DNA of 20,000 nt from an uncultured virus (IMG/VR IMGVR_UViG_3300028592_000009) (IMGVR_UViG_3300028592_000009); one strand, 5' to 3'. Counted from the first letter of the stretch, positions 1 through 7,909 are shown. Numbers and translations: made by a program. The notes: generated by a model from the sequence alone, not told the origin.

Positions 1-720
1 CTGAGGATCGTTGAAGTCCTCGACGAACGACTTGCACTTGGAGCACCAGCGACCCAGCTTGATGCGCGCGGTCTCGGGGTTGGTGATGAGGAACACTGTG
101 TCCGCCTCACTGGCGAGCGCGGCCTCCATCCCCTTGCGCTTCTGCTTCTCGCTGCCGGTCATCACGTGCACATCGAAGTTGGTCCACTTGCGAACCTCCT
201 TCTCCCATGTGATCCGGACGGCGGTGCTGGGGCAGAGCACGAGATGGTGCCCCTTGTGCACCCCACGCTCAACGATCCCGGCCAGAGTCTGGATAGTCTT
301 GCCGAGCCCTGGCTGGTCGGCGAGCAGGACGCCCCGGGTTGCGTTGGCGACGAACGCCGCGCCCACCCTCTGGTACGTCCTCGTCTTCATTGCCTCGCTC
401 ACCTCAGGAAGGATCTCCCTGACGCGCTCCAGGCGGAAGTTCTTGTGCTTGCCGATCCGGCGCATCGTCCCCTCCTGTGCCACGGCCTCACGAGCCCACT
501 GTTCGAGCCGTGGCCCGATCACGAGCATATCCGTGAAGACGTGACGCAGGAGCCTGCAGGTCTGCATGTTGAGCGGGTACGTCCACCATCGGTTGGGCCT
601 GGAGAAGTTCCAGCCCGGCACCGCCTTGCACATCTCCTCAAGGCCGTGAAAGTAGTCGCACCGCAGGATGATGCGGTCGCCCTTGTCGCTGAGTTCGATC
701 CTGATCTTGACCTCGGGCAT
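1..720 (-). CDS. SNF2-family (SF2) DNA helicase/translocase, N-terminal part (runs off window)
   Basis: Hand translation from ATG 718-720: MPEVKIRIEL...RTYQRVGAAFVANATRGVLLADQPGLGKTIQ...HLVLCPSTAVRITWEKEV. This gives the Q motif, Walker A and motif Ia typical of SNF2. N-terminal VPGWNFSRPNRWWTYP resembles a HARP-like domain. TGATG overlap with the upstream stop. Absent from the ORF track because there is no stop in the window. Confidence 0.9.
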   Translation of the reverse strand, partial: MPEVKIRIELSDKGDRIILRCDYFHGLEEMCKAVPGWNFSRPNRWWTYPLNMQTCRLLRHVFTDMLVIGPRLEQWAREAVAQEGTMRRIGKHKNFRLERVREILPEVSEAMKTRTYQRVGAAFVANATRGVLLADQPGLGKTIQTLAGIVERGVHKGHHLVLCPSTAVRITWEKEVRKWTNFDVHVMTGSEKQKRKGMEAALASEADTVFLITNPETARIKLGRWCSKCKSFVEDFNDPQ

Positions 721-1127
721 CAGCCCTCCCAGACGATCTGGCTGCGTCGGAGTCCTGCGTTCAGCAGGACCTCCCAACACTTGTGGCAGGGCTCACGAGT
801 TGTGTACAGCACACACGCCCTCGTGATCGGGTTGCCACGCTTGAAGAACTTGTTGATCGCGTTGATCTCCGCGTGGACGGCGGTGCACCGGCCAACCCCG
901 TCGAACCGAGCGCCGTGGGGAAGCTGATCGGTCGACATCTGGCCGCGCGGGCAGCCGCCGTCCTCGCAGTTGGTCTCGCCGGAGCGAGGACCGTTGTAGC
1001 CGACGAAGACCTCCTGGTTGTCCACCACGAGGACTGCACCGACTTGATCACGGAGGCAGGAGCTCCGGGTCGCCACCGAAGCAGCAACCCCGAGCCACAC
1101 CTCTGGCCAACTGGCCCTTCTAGACAT
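720..1127 (-). CDS. dCMP (deoxycytidylate) deaminase
   Basis: RSSCLRDQVGAVLV...GYNG...CTAVHAEINAI...LYTTREPCHKC carries the HAE and PCxxC zinc motifs. Likely start ATG 1125-1127. Confidence 0.92.
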   Translation of the reverse strand: MSRRASWPEVWLGVAASVATRSSCLRDQVGAVLVVDNQEVFVGYNGPRSGETNCEDGGCPRGQMSTDQLPHGARFDGVGRCTAVHAEINAINKFFKRGNPITRACVLYTTREPCHKCWEVLLNAGLRRSQIVWEG

Positions 1128-1320
1128 GAGCGATCGCCACCGACAGGTACATGATGCCGACGCCGAACGCGGCCATGCCCGGCAGCACGAACGACTGGTC
1201 CTCGTCCGGGTGCAGGAACCAGCGACGCTGCACAGCGAGCACGATCCCACCCGTAACGGTGATGGCCGTCATGTAGCCCAGCATCCAGATGAGCATGCTG
1301 ACGGTGATGGCGATGTTCAA
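1120..1320 (-). CDS. small membrane protein (2 predicted TM segments)
   Basis: 66 aa with two hydrophobic stretches; in the operon frame. Confidence 0.65.
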   Translation of the reverse strand: MNIAITVSMLIWMLGYMTAITVTGGIVLAVQRRWFLHPDEDQSFVLPGMAAFGVGIMYLSVAIAHV

Positions 1321-1337
1321 GTCCCTGTCCTGTCTTG

Positions 1338-1559
1338 CTAGTTGCGAGGCGCCGTCGCGGACGGCGTCGGCTTCACGTTACCGTCCTTCGGAGCGGCGTC
1401 GTCCATCTCGCACCCCTGGAGGATCAGGAGTCCGATCGCGCCGACCGCCACGCCCTTGAGGAACGCGCTGGTGGTGTTGCCGTGTATCTTCTCGACGCTC
1501 TCCTTGGAGAGCGACATGGGAGTCCCCTTCGGGATCTTCTCCCAGGTCATCTTCGCCAT
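1338..1559 (-). CDS. small membrane/lipoprotein-like protein
   Basis: 73 aa; hydrophobic stretch ending LLILQGC, then a Pro/Thr/Ala tail. Confidence 0.65.
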   Translation of the reverse strand: MAKMTWEKIPKGTPMSLSKESVEKIHGNTTSAFLKGVAVGAIGLLILQGCEMDDAAPKDGNVKPTPSATAPRN

Positions 1560-1697
1560 GGCCCGTCCTTCCCACGGGTCAGGGAGGGTCCGGCGCGGCC
1601 CGCTACGGGGTCGTAGGCGGCCTGCCGGGCCCTCCCGAGTACCTTTGCCCGACCGGTCCGAGATCGGCCCTTACGCGGCCGTCTAAGGCTTCCGGAC

Positions 1698-2360
1698 CTA
1701 CGACCCGCCGGTCAGCTTGTCGTAGCAGATGTCGCCGATGCCCCGTTCGCGAGTCCGCTCGTTGGTGAGCGGGCTGCTGCAGACTCCGCACTGTCCGACC
1801 TTCTGGCCGAAGAGGGCGAACGCCTCCGTGGGGTTCTCGTGGATGGCGCTGAGGATCTTGTACACCCGCAGCAAGCGGCGCCGACGGAAGTCGCCCGGAG
1901 CTCCGGTGAGCTCGCTGACGTCCATCCGTCGATTGCCTCGTCCGTCGTCCATGAGGCGGTGAACCTGGTAGAACCGGATCGTCTCGTCCTCGGACTGGAG
2001 CGCGTACTTGCCGGGCTTGATGGACAGGAACTTGTCGTCCCAGCCCGCGTACCCGGCCTGTGCGCCACGGACGTACGGCTGCTTGAGCATCCTGGAGATG
2101 AAGGAGCTCGCGTCGGCGAACCCGAGCGAGTTGATCATCTCCTCGTACTCGGCCTTCTCCAGCTCCTTGTACTCAGCCAGCCGCTCCCGCTCCCGACCCA
2201 GCGCGTGCGCCAGGGACAGCTGCTTGTGAGTGGACTTGGCCTGGAGACCGTGGCTGTGACGGAGGACACGGTCGTGGGCGGTCTCCCGGGGCCGAAGCCC
2301 CGAGCAGGTCCTTACATCGTCGACCGTGTCGTGCTCGCCCTTGCAGTTACCGCACCTCAT
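1698..2360 (-). CDS. hypothetical protein with N-terminal CxxC-H-C motif and C-terminal DUF6011-like zinc finger
   Basis: MRCGNCKGEH...C at the start; CGVCSSPLTNERTRERGIGDIC at the end. ATGA overlap with the upstream stop; SD AAGGAG. Confidence 0.8.
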   Translation of the reverse strand: MRCGNCKGEHDTVDDVRTCSGLRPRETAHDRVLRHSHGLQAKSTHKQLSLAHALGRERERLAEYKELEKAEYEEMINSLGFADASSFISRMLKQPYVRGAQAGYAGWDDKFLSIKPGKYALQSEDETIRFYQVHRLMDDGRGNRRMDVSELTGAPGDFRRRRLLRVYKILSAIHENPTEAFALFGQKVGQCGVCSSPLTNERTRERGIGDICYDKLTGGS

Positions 2361-3322
2361 CGGATCTCCTTCCGCGTGTCGCCGACACGGGTCTGGCCGA
2401 GGTCGGCGTTCCGGCCGTCGTTGCGACCCCGGGAGTAGGACTCGCCGATGATCCGCTGCTGGTAGCTGCGACCCTCCTTGATGTTGTTGTCCTCCTTGTA
2501 CTTGTCGTACGCGTCCTGGACGAGCGCCCCCTTGTCGCGGAGGGCGAGCTCGGCGCCGGTCGTCGCCTTGACCTGAGCGTCGCGGTGCTCCTGGAGCTTG
2601 TACAGACGGATCGAGACTTCGGTGCGGAAGCCCTCGGCGTAGGACCGCTGGAAGGTGACCGGCGTCTGGACCGCGCGGTACTCCAGACCCATGAGCTTGC
2701 ACCAGCGCTTGCAGGCGCGGATGAGGCGGCCGCCGTCCTTCTTCTTCTCGTGCCACTCGACCCACGGCCACGGCTCACCGATGGAGTCCTTGGGGTCGAG
2801 GTTGTGCTCCTCCATCCAGTGCATCCGGGCGATGTTCATCTGCGAGCAGGTCCGCTCCCAGTTGATCCCCGCCTCGTGCAGGATGTAGACGTTCTCGTCG
2901 TACGAGCGCTGCATGTCGACCTTCGGGTCGATCTTGCGCAGCAGCTGGAGACGGAGGCTCGTGTAGACCATCTCGGCGAACTTGATGTCCGAGGGCAGAC
3001 CGATGAAGTCGCCGAAGCCGTTGCTGTACCCGTGGAAGGCGCAGTCGTAGTGCTGCGCGACGCGGATGCAGAGGTTGTACAGGCTCGTCGCGATCGGGCT
3101 GTCCATACCGGCGAACTGGAAGCGAACGCGCTCCGGCATCTCGACCGGCTTGGCCTTGTCCTTGTTCGCGGCGGCGAGGATGGCCGCGTCGATCTGGTAC
3201 TTGGCCATCAGCTCGTCGGCCTTGGCCATGAAGTTGTTGGCGGCCTCCTCCTGCCCGCTCTCGCGGTGGGACTCGGCGGAGTTGAGCAGCGCCTGGATCT
3301 TGTTGATCATGGCGTCAGACAT
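2357..3322 (-). CDS. DUF2786-domain phage protein
   Basis: INKIQALLNSAES...EEAANNFMAKADELMAKYQID matches the DUF2786 pattern; C-terminal RSYAEGF and YSRGRNDGRNADL are typical of the family. Confidence 0.85.
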   Translation of the reverse strand: MSDAMINKIQALLNSAESHRESGQEEAANNFMAKADELMAKYQIDAAILAAANKDKAKPVEMPERVRFQFAGMDSPIATSLYNLCIRVAQHYDCAFHGYSNGFGDFIGLPSDIKFAEMVYTSLRLQLLRKIDPKVDMQRSYDENVYILHEAGINWERTCSQMNIARMHWMEEHNLDPKDSIGEPWPWVEWHEKKKDGGRLIRACKRWCKLMGLEYRAVQTPVTFQRSYAEGFRTEVSIRLYKLQEHRDAQVKATTGAELALRDKGALVQDAYDKYKEDNNIKEGRSYQQRIIGESYSRGRNDGRNADLGQTRVGDTRKEIR

Positions 3323-3334
3323 GGGGTGCTCCCT

Positions 3335-3391
3335 GGTCTCCTCAGCATGGGTACCTTACCCATGGACGTGACTGGCTGTCACGTTTCGACC
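3335..3391 (-). ncRNA. type II hammerhead ribozyme HHR1
   Basis: Minus strand: A-GGTC GAAA CGTGAC-AGCCA-GTCACG TC^ CATGGG-TAAGGTA-CCCATG CTGAGGA GACC, then AGGGAG..ATG. Predicted cut 3' of 3365. Confidence 0.95.
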
Positions 3392-3400
3392 TGGACGGGA

Positions 3401-3625
3401 TCAGTCGGTGCCGAGCACGATGTGCTCGTTGTTCGGGACGTCGCGGAGGGCGGCCTCGCGGATCGCCTCGTCCGACTTGTGCTTGTGCAGCATGTGCGCC
3501 AGCTTCTCGAGCTGCTCGGCGGAGATGTTGATCGCGTCCTGTCCGTCGTCGAGGAGGACGCCCTCCCATCCCTCGGACACGGTCGCCCAGAGGTAGTCGT
3601 CGAGCTGGACTCGTTCGTTCGCCAT
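3401..3625 (-). CDS. hypothetical protein (74 aa)
   Basis: MANERVQLDDYLW...; SD AGGAG. Confidence 0.7.
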   Translation of the reverse strand: MANERVQLDDYLWATVSEGWEGVLLDDGQDAINISAEQLEKLAHMLHKHKSDEAIREAALRDVPNNEHIVLGTD

Positions 3626-3633
3626 GGTCGCTC

Positions 3634-3762
3634 CTAGCAGCCCTGGTTGAGGATGAAGATGATGCCGAGCAGGACGATGATCAGGAGCACGATGCATCCG
3701 AACATCAGCTCGATGGCCATCTTGAGCATGTCGCCGTAGGACATGTTGGTGAAGCGCTTCAC
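3634..3762 (-). CDS. single-TM micropeptide (42 aa)
   Basis: GTG start overlapping the upstream TGA; SD GGAGG; LMFGCIVLLIIVLLGIIFIL. Confidence 0.6.
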   Translation of the reverse strand: MKRFTNMSYGDMLKMAIELMFGCIVLLIIVLLGIIFILNQGC

Positions 3763-4049
3763 GAGATCGCCTCCCACAGCGGACGGGGCGCGTAGGGGCT
3801 GATCCTGCCATAGCCGTTCACCTGGTCCGTGGCCAGCCACACGGCCTTGCGCGCCTCGTCGGCGAGCTCTCCGTCGATGTAGTCGGCGAGCTCCTCACCC
3901 GAGATGACGCCGAGCACGACCCCGGTGAGCGGGTAGGTCGGCTGCATCCCGACGAGCACCTCGACCTCGGAGACGTCGACACCGGCGTCCTCCAGGTCCA
4001 GCCGGATCTCTCCGAGCTTCTCGATGAGCTCCGTGAGCTTCAGCTTCAT
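3759..4049 (-). CDS. hypothetical acidic protein (96 aa)
   Basis: SD GGAGG directly after HHR2; good codon usage. Confidence 0.8.
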   Translation of the reverse strand: MKLKLTELIEKLGEIRLDLEDAGVDVSEVEVLVGMQPTYPLTGVVLGVISGEELADYIDGELADEARKAVWLATDQVNGYGRISPYAPRPLWEAIS

Positions 4050-4060
4050 GTTCCCTCCAC

Positions 4061-4123
4061 GATCTCGTCAGCACCCGTGCCATACGGGCGGACGCCACGG
4101 CTGGATGTCGCAGCGTTTCGATC
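4061..4123 (-). ncRNA. type II hammerhead ribozyme HHR2
   Basis: A-GATC GAAA CGCTGCG-ACATCCAGC-CGTGGCG TC^ CGCCCG-TATGGCA-CGGGTG CTGACGA GATC, then GTGGAGG..ATG. Predicted cut 3' of 4091. Confidence 0.93.
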
Positions 4124-4135
4124 TGGCTGTGGTGG

Positions 4136-4261
4136 TTACCAGTGGAGCCCGAAGGCTCGCAGGACCAGCCCGATGCCGACCCCGAGCAGGACCCCGAGGA
4201 TGGCGCAGGTGGCGATGTTCCACGGCGTGTCCGTGAAGAACGAGTTGAGCTTGCGAAGCAT
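4136..4261 (-). CDS. single-TM micropeptide (41 aa)
   Basis: MLRKLNSFFTDTPWNIATCAILGVLLGVGIGLVLRAFGLHW; GGAGG upstream. Confidence 0.6.
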   Translation of the reverse strand: MLRKLNSFFTDTPWNIATCAILGVLLGVGIGLVLRAFGLHW

Positions 4262-4358
4262 GAGCCCTCCCGAGGCCCTAGGCGGCCGTCTACGGGCCGC
4301 GCGTTGCCGGGTGAGCCCCTTCGCCCACCCGGCTTGCGTTCGGCGCTTACGTTGGCGC

Positions 4359-4901
4359 CTACGGCGTCTCGATGAACCCGGCCTCGTCGGCGTCACCATT
4401 CTCGACCGCCGCGAGCTGCGCCTCGGAGACGGCCGGATAGAGGCCAGCCGGGTGCTCGGTGAAGTTGCTGGCGCTGGAGCAGCCGATGTACTGGAGCTCG
4501 CACTCGATCACGCGGAGCTCGCGGTTGCGGATCTCCGTGAGGACGTTGTACCGAGCCTTGAGCTGCGCCTGGAGCCAGCTCGGGTCGATCCAGGCCGAGG
4601 CCCGCATCTTCTCGTTCGCCTTGAGCTCCAGGTACGCGAGCCGAACGAACTCGTCGACGTTGCCGAACTGCTCCAGGGTCGGCTCCAGACCGATCTCCAT
4701 GTCGGTCCGGTTGCCGAAGGACTCCTTGAGGAGGTACTCGACCTCGTCGTTCTGCTCCTGCGCCCGGAGGCGGTCGATGACCTCGTTGGCCCGCTTCTCA
4801 GCGTTGAAGCCGAGGATGTCGACGAAGACCTCGATCGTCTCCGCCGTGTCGAACTCCAGGTTGGTCTTCTCGATGAGAAGGATCCGGATACCCATAACCA
4901 C
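4359..4901 (-). CDS. hypothetical acidic protein (about 180 aa)
   Basis: AAGGAG after HHR3, then GTG (4899-4901) or ATG (4893-4895). Confidence 0.78.
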   Translation of the reverse strand: MVMGIRILLIEKTNLEFDTAETIEVFVDILGFNAEKRANEVIDRLRAQEQNDEVEYLLKESFGNRTDMEIGLEPTLEQFGNVDEFVRLAYLELKANEKMRASAWIDPSWLQAQLKARYNVLTEIRNRELRVIECELQYIGCSSASNFTEHPAGLYPAVSEAQLAAVENGDADEAGFIETP

Positions 4902-4913
4902 GCTCACTCCTTG

Positions 4914-4966
4914 AGAGCTCCTCAGCACCGGCTCTTACCGGCGGACGCCCGAAGGCGTTTCGCTCT
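4914..4966 (-). ncRNA. type II hammerhead ribozyme HHR3
   Basis: A-GAGC GAAA CGCC-TTCG-GGCG TC^ CGCCGG-TAAGAG-CCGGTG CTGAGGA GCTC. Stem III capped by a cUUCGg tetraloop. Predicted cut 3' of 4944. Confidence 0.95.
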
Positions 4967-4975
4967 TGCCTGGCG

Positions 4976-5015
4976 CCCGGTGCAGGGGTTTGGGTGGTCG
5001 CCACCCTGCACCGGG
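4976..5015. terminator. 12-bp GC hairpin after the 161-aa gene (attenuator or processing hairpin)
   Basis: CCCGGTGCAGGG(N16)CCCTGCACCGGG; no U-tract. Confidence 0.45.
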
Positions 5016-5029
5016 GCCGTCATGGGGTG

Positions 5030-5515
5030 TTACTCAGCGGCCTTGGCGGCCGTGCGGCGGGTGCGCCGGACTCGCGGCTTGGCCACGGGCGCCTCCTCCT
5101 TGGCCTCCTCGACCGGAGCGGTCTCGGCCACGGCCTCCTCGACCTTCTCCGCGTCGTCCGACAGCGCCTGGTCGGCCTCGCTGTCGTACTCCTCGGGCTT
5201 GGTCTCCTCGGCGACCGGCGCGGCCTCCTCGCCCTTGAGCTTGGCGAGCTCGGCCTCCAGCTTGGCGAGCTTGCGGGCCTTGGCCTCCTCGGCCTTCTTG
5301 GCCGCCGCGACCTTGCGGTCGGCGAGGTTCGCCTGGTTCTCCGGGCTGGCCTGGAAGTCCAGGCGGAAGGACACCGCGAGCTGGACGGTCTTGAGGTCGG
5401 GCTTGACCCCCGTCTTCTCCTCGATCCAGGCGGCGAACGCCTTGTGGAGGTCGGTGGGCTCGGCCTTGGCGCGCTCGGCGAAGGTCTTCTTCTTGGAGGC
5501 GGTGTTCTCGGTCAT
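5030..5515 (-). CDS. Ala/Lys/Glu-rich protein, paralog of 10513-11073
   Basis: N-terminal about 80 aa are clearly homologous to the 186-aa ORF; basic C-tail KPRVRRTRRTAAK. Confidence 0.85.
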   Translation of the reverse strand: MTENTASKKKTFAERAKAEPTDLHKAFAAWIEEKTGVKPDLKTVQLAVSFRLDFQASPENQANLADRKVAAAKKAEEAKARKLAKLEAELAKLKGEEAAPVAEETKPEEYDSEADQALSDDAEKVEEAVAETAPVEEAKEEAPVAKPRVRRTRRTAAKAAE

Positions 5516-5527
5516 GGTAACTCCTAG

Positions 5528-5598
5528 GGACTCCTCAGCACCGGCACTCTACCGGCGGACCATCGGGGCGGCCTCTCGACCGCCCCTAGGTTTCGTCC
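5528..5598 (-). ncRNA. type II hammerhead ribozyme HHR4
   Basis: A-GGAC GAAA CC-TA-GGGGCGGTC-GAGA-GGCCGCCCC-GAT-GG TC^ CGCCGG-TAGAGTG-CCGGTG CTGAGGA GTCC, then CTAGGAG..ATG. Predicted cut 3' of 5558. Confidence 0.92.
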
Positions 5599-5612
5599 TG
5601 TGTACTGCTTCT

Positions 5613-5847
5613 CTCGCACCCGCCGGGACCTACCGGCTGCTTGTGCGAGGCGCGTCGACCAGTCGATTAGCCGAGCTACGGGTTTTGTGGAGGTCCCGTT
5701 CCTGTCAGAAGTCAGCGGCCCTTGCGGGGCGCGATCTCAGCCGTCTTCCTGGGCTGTCCTACTCGGGCTCGCGGTCTTCGGGCTGCGTCTCGACCGTCGG
5801 CTGGATGCGCCGTCCCGGGAGTTCCTCGCTTGCCCTGCTCGCTTACG
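5613..5847 (-). ncRNA. structured leader RNA, copy A (unassigned family)
   Basis: No credible ORF. Shares sequence blocks and covarying hairpins with 9334-9737. Lies between a promoter and HHR4. Confidence 0.75.
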
Positions 5848-5978
5848 AGTAGAACTATGCGCCATTCCTCCGGGGAAGGCAAACACCCATCTACCTGCGC
5901 ATTCATCGCGTTTGCCCTGGTAGGGGGCTTGCGAAGATTCTATAATTTCTTTCAAGAAATTACATATGCGCAGGTAGA
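5843..5978. repeat. duplicated promoter/operator module, copy A
   Basis: Aligns without gaps to 9733-9868 (offset 3890). Contains three CWGGTAG boxes and an AT-rich tract. Confidence 0.85.
5854..5882 (-). promoter_or_regulatory. promoter driving the HHR4-HHR1 operon
   Basis: TTGCCT-N17-CATAGT; hexamers identical to those at 9744-9772. Confidence 0.75.
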
Positions 5979-6039
5979 CATGAGTGTCGACCATCTACGG
6001 CGATTCACCGCGCCTCAGCGCGAATCGGGCGAAACCGCC

Positions 6040-6468
6040 CTACAGCGCCGTGAGCTTCCACAGCGAGCTGTCCTCCAGGCGCACAATCTGGGAGCCGTCC
6101 GAGGCCTTGCCGACGGGCTCGTACAGCTCCCAGGTGCCCGGCTTCTCCCAGGGGGCGCGCGGCTTGGCACGGGGCGGCACGGAGGCCGGGGTGCCGTCGC
6201 TGTGCGTGATGGGCTCATTCAGGTCCGCCAGGGGCACACCGGCCACGGCGGGCTGAGCCTTGGGCGCCGCACTGTTGACGCGCCAGACGTGTCCCTTGGA
6301 GATCACGTCGATGTCCATCTTGTTCTGAGCGATGATGCGGCGCATGACAGCGCGGACCTGCTCGTCGCGGAGGCCGGTCTCCTTGCAGGCCTCGTTGATG
6401 ATGATGGTCTGGCCGATGCGCGCGACCAGGTACTTGGTCATGGTCGACTGCACGTTCATGTTACCCAT
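6040..6468 (-). CDS. putative winged-HTH DNA-binding protein (142 aa)
   Basis: IIINEACKETGLRDEQVRAVMRRI...VISKGHVWRV fits an HTH plus wing; SD AGGAGG after HHR5. Confidence 0.7.
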   Translation of the reverse strand: MGNMNVQSTMTKYLVARIGQTIIINEACKETGLRDEQVRAVMRRIIAQNKMDIDVISKGHVWRVNSAAPKAQPAVAGVPLADLNEPITHSDGTPASVPPRAKPRAPWEKPGTWELYEPVGKASDGSQIVRLEDSSLWKLTAL

Positions 6469-6484
6469 GTTGCAGAGCCCTCCT

Positions 6485-6546
6485 AGACTCGTCAGCGGCC
6501 GTCTACGGCCGGACCGCACCCCGGTGACCCGGGGCCGGTTTCGTCC
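6485..6546 (-). ncRNA. type II hammerhead ribozyme HHR5
   Basis: A-GGAC GAAA CCG-GCCCCGG-GTCA-CCGGGGT-G-CGG TC^ CGGCCG-TAGA-CGGCCG CTGACGA GTCT, then AGGAGG. Predicted cut 3' of 6512. Confidence 0.93.
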
Positions 6547-6555
6547 TGTGGAGGA

Positions 6556-7188
6556 TCAGACGTAGGACCAGGAGCGCACGACCGACATGGTGCCATGGCT
6601 GGCGACCCGCTGCCTGGCCGCCTTGAGCAGCTCGTCCTGGTCGGGCTCTCCGAGCACCTTGACGCGCTGCTGGCTGATCTTGGCCGGATACTTGAGCCCG
6701 TGCTGCTTGTCCATCTGCACGACGGCGAGCCTGTCGTAGCGGTTGAACTCGCTGTCCTCGAACCGGAGAATCACGCCCTCCATGCCCACGTACCGGCCAC
6801 GGGTGGTGAGCGACTTCACGCGCTTGCCGATGCCGGGGGTGGACCAGTTGTCCGTGGCCGACTTCACGAGCATGCGGATCGTCCACTCGTCGGCCGCCCT
6901 GAGCACGTCGATCGTGGCGTCGGCGGAGGCGTTGTGGTGGTACGTCCAGCCACGGGTCGTCGCGTACTGGATCGTCTTGACGCGCTCCTCCTCGGCGTCC
7001 CACACGACCGCGTAGAAGTCGCTGTCGTCGTGCATGTTGCGCTCGTAGATGCCGATCACGGCTCCGAGATAGGTCGTCTCGTGGGCCTCAAGGTGCAGTT
7101 TGTTGAGCGCCTCGTCGGAGCTGTACTGGTTGGGGTCGTACCCCTGCTCCTTGCCGTGCCAGGGGTTGGTGCAAGTGATGATGGGCAT
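6556..7188 (-). CDS. hypothetical protein (210 aa), possible KOW/SH3-like C-terminal domain
   Basis: Start MPIITCTNPW after GAGGAGG; GIGKRVKSLTTRGRYVGMEGVI resembles a KOW motif. Confidence 0.8.
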   Translation of the reverse strand: MPIITCTNPWHGKEQGYDPNQYSSDEALNKLHLEAHETTYLGAVIGIYERNMHDDSDFYAVVWDAEEERVKTIQYATTRGWTYHHNASADATIDVLRAADEWTIRMLVKSATDNWSTPGIGKRVKSLTTRGRYVGMEGVILRFEDSEFNRYDRLAVVQMDKQHGLKYPAKISQQRVKVLGEPDQDELLKAARQRVASHGTMSVVRSWSYV

Positions 7189-7201
7189 GATTCCTCCTCG
7201 G

Positions 7202-7254
7202 GAGCTCTTCAGCAGGACCGTGCAGCCCTGGACGCTCACATGAGCGTTTCGCTC
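7202..7254 (-). ncRNA. type II hammerhead ribozyme HHR6
   Basis: A-GAGC GAAA CGCTC-ATGT-GAGCG TC^ CAGGGC-TGCACG-GTCCTG CTGAAGA GCTC. Predicted cut 3' of 7231. Confidence 0.94.
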
Positions 7255-7259
7255 TGGGT

Positions 7260-7433
7260 GGCGACCTCCGCACCCCTCCATATGAGTGCAGAGGCCGCCT
7301 GCGGGCCATTTCGAACAAGGCTCGTGCCCGGGCACAACCCGGTCGGACGATCGTGCTCCTAGGAGTGCACTAGCGAAAGCCGTGCTGCACGAGCCAGGTC
7401 TTACGGATCCCCGCGTTCCGGCCGTCGCCGGAA
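7260..7433 (-). ncRNA. candidate structured RNA upstream of HHR6
   Basis: Non-coding gap with a 16-bp hairpin (7260-7299), a 9-bp helix (7319-7327/7387-7395) and a 7-bp hairpin (7416-7433). Confidence 0.45.
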
Positions 7434-7436
7434 GTC

Positions 7437-7586
7437 TTATGCCAGCTCCAGGCCTCTGTCGAAGCCGCACTGGGCATGGGCGACGATGCTGATGGCGCCC
7501 GAACGATCGGCCGTCCTGAACTCAGCCATCTCGTCGTCCGGCCCCTCGTCGCAGAGCTCGCAGTCGTCGTTGAACTCGGGCAGCAT
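7437..7586 (-). CDS. small CxxC...HxxC protein (49 aa)
   Basis: MLPEFNDDCELCDEG...VAHAQCGFDRGLELA; TGATG coupling to the upstream gene; below the ORF-track cutoff. Confidence 0.65.
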   Translation of the reverse strand: MLPEFNDDCELCDEGPDDEMAEFRTADRSGAISIVAHAQCGFDRGLELA

Positions 7587-7843
7587 CAGAGGGCCTTCCG
7601 AACGTTGATGGAGAGGACGACCGGGTTGGTCCAGATGTAGTTGCCGGAGCCGTCGGTGTTGCTCTGGTGGACGGTCGTCCTCCGGTCGATGCGGTATGCC
7701 ATCACGAACCGCGCGGCCATCGTTATGTCCGGGAGCTCGATGTCGAGCGTGCCGGTTCGATCCATGCCGTGGACCGTGGCCTTGAAGGCGGCCACGTTGC
7801 TCGTCAGCAGACCCTGCAGAACGGTGTCGATCTCGATGGTCAT
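7586..7843 (-). CDS. hypothetical protein (85 aa)
   Basis: SD GGAGG directly after HHR7. Confidence 0.78.
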   Translation of the reverse strand: MTIEIDTVLQGLLTSNVAAFKATVHGMDRTGTLDIELPDITMAARFVMAYRIDRRTTVHQSNTDGSGNYIWTNPVVLSINVRKAL

Positions 7844-7852
7844 GATTCCTCC

Positions 7853-7909
7853 GGTCTCTTCAGCAGGCGCACCTTACGCCTGGACGTCGCTGGCTGCGAC
7901 GTTTCGACC
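7853..7909 (-). ncRNA. type II hammerhead ribozyme HHR7
   Basis: A-GGTC GAAA CGTCGC-AGCCA-GCGACG TC^ CAGGCG-TAAGGTG-CGCCTG CTGAAGA GACC, then GGAGG. Predicted cut 3' of 7883. Confidence 0.95.

Noticed and set aside
5678..5830. RNase P RNA-like words GAGGAACTCCCGGG and ACAAAACCCG in leader A
   Set aside because: The paralogous leader B lacks the first word, and CCCGT is used in a local covarying hairpin rather than a P4 helix.
4077..5852. Long plus-strand ORFs (591 aa here; also 2585-3637 and 17295-19976)
   Set aside because: These are antisense shadows of minus-strand genes in high-GC DNA, with no RBS or recognisable motifs.
5941..5946. TATAAT as a plus-strand promoter
   Set aside because: No suitable -35 at 17 bp, not conserved in the paralogous module, and no plus-strand gene follows.
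7301..7414. tRNA gene (GTTCGAAA and GCGGG/CCCGC)
   Set aside because: No 7-bp acceptor stem, proper T-stem, anticodon arm or CCA; kept only as a candidate structured RNA.
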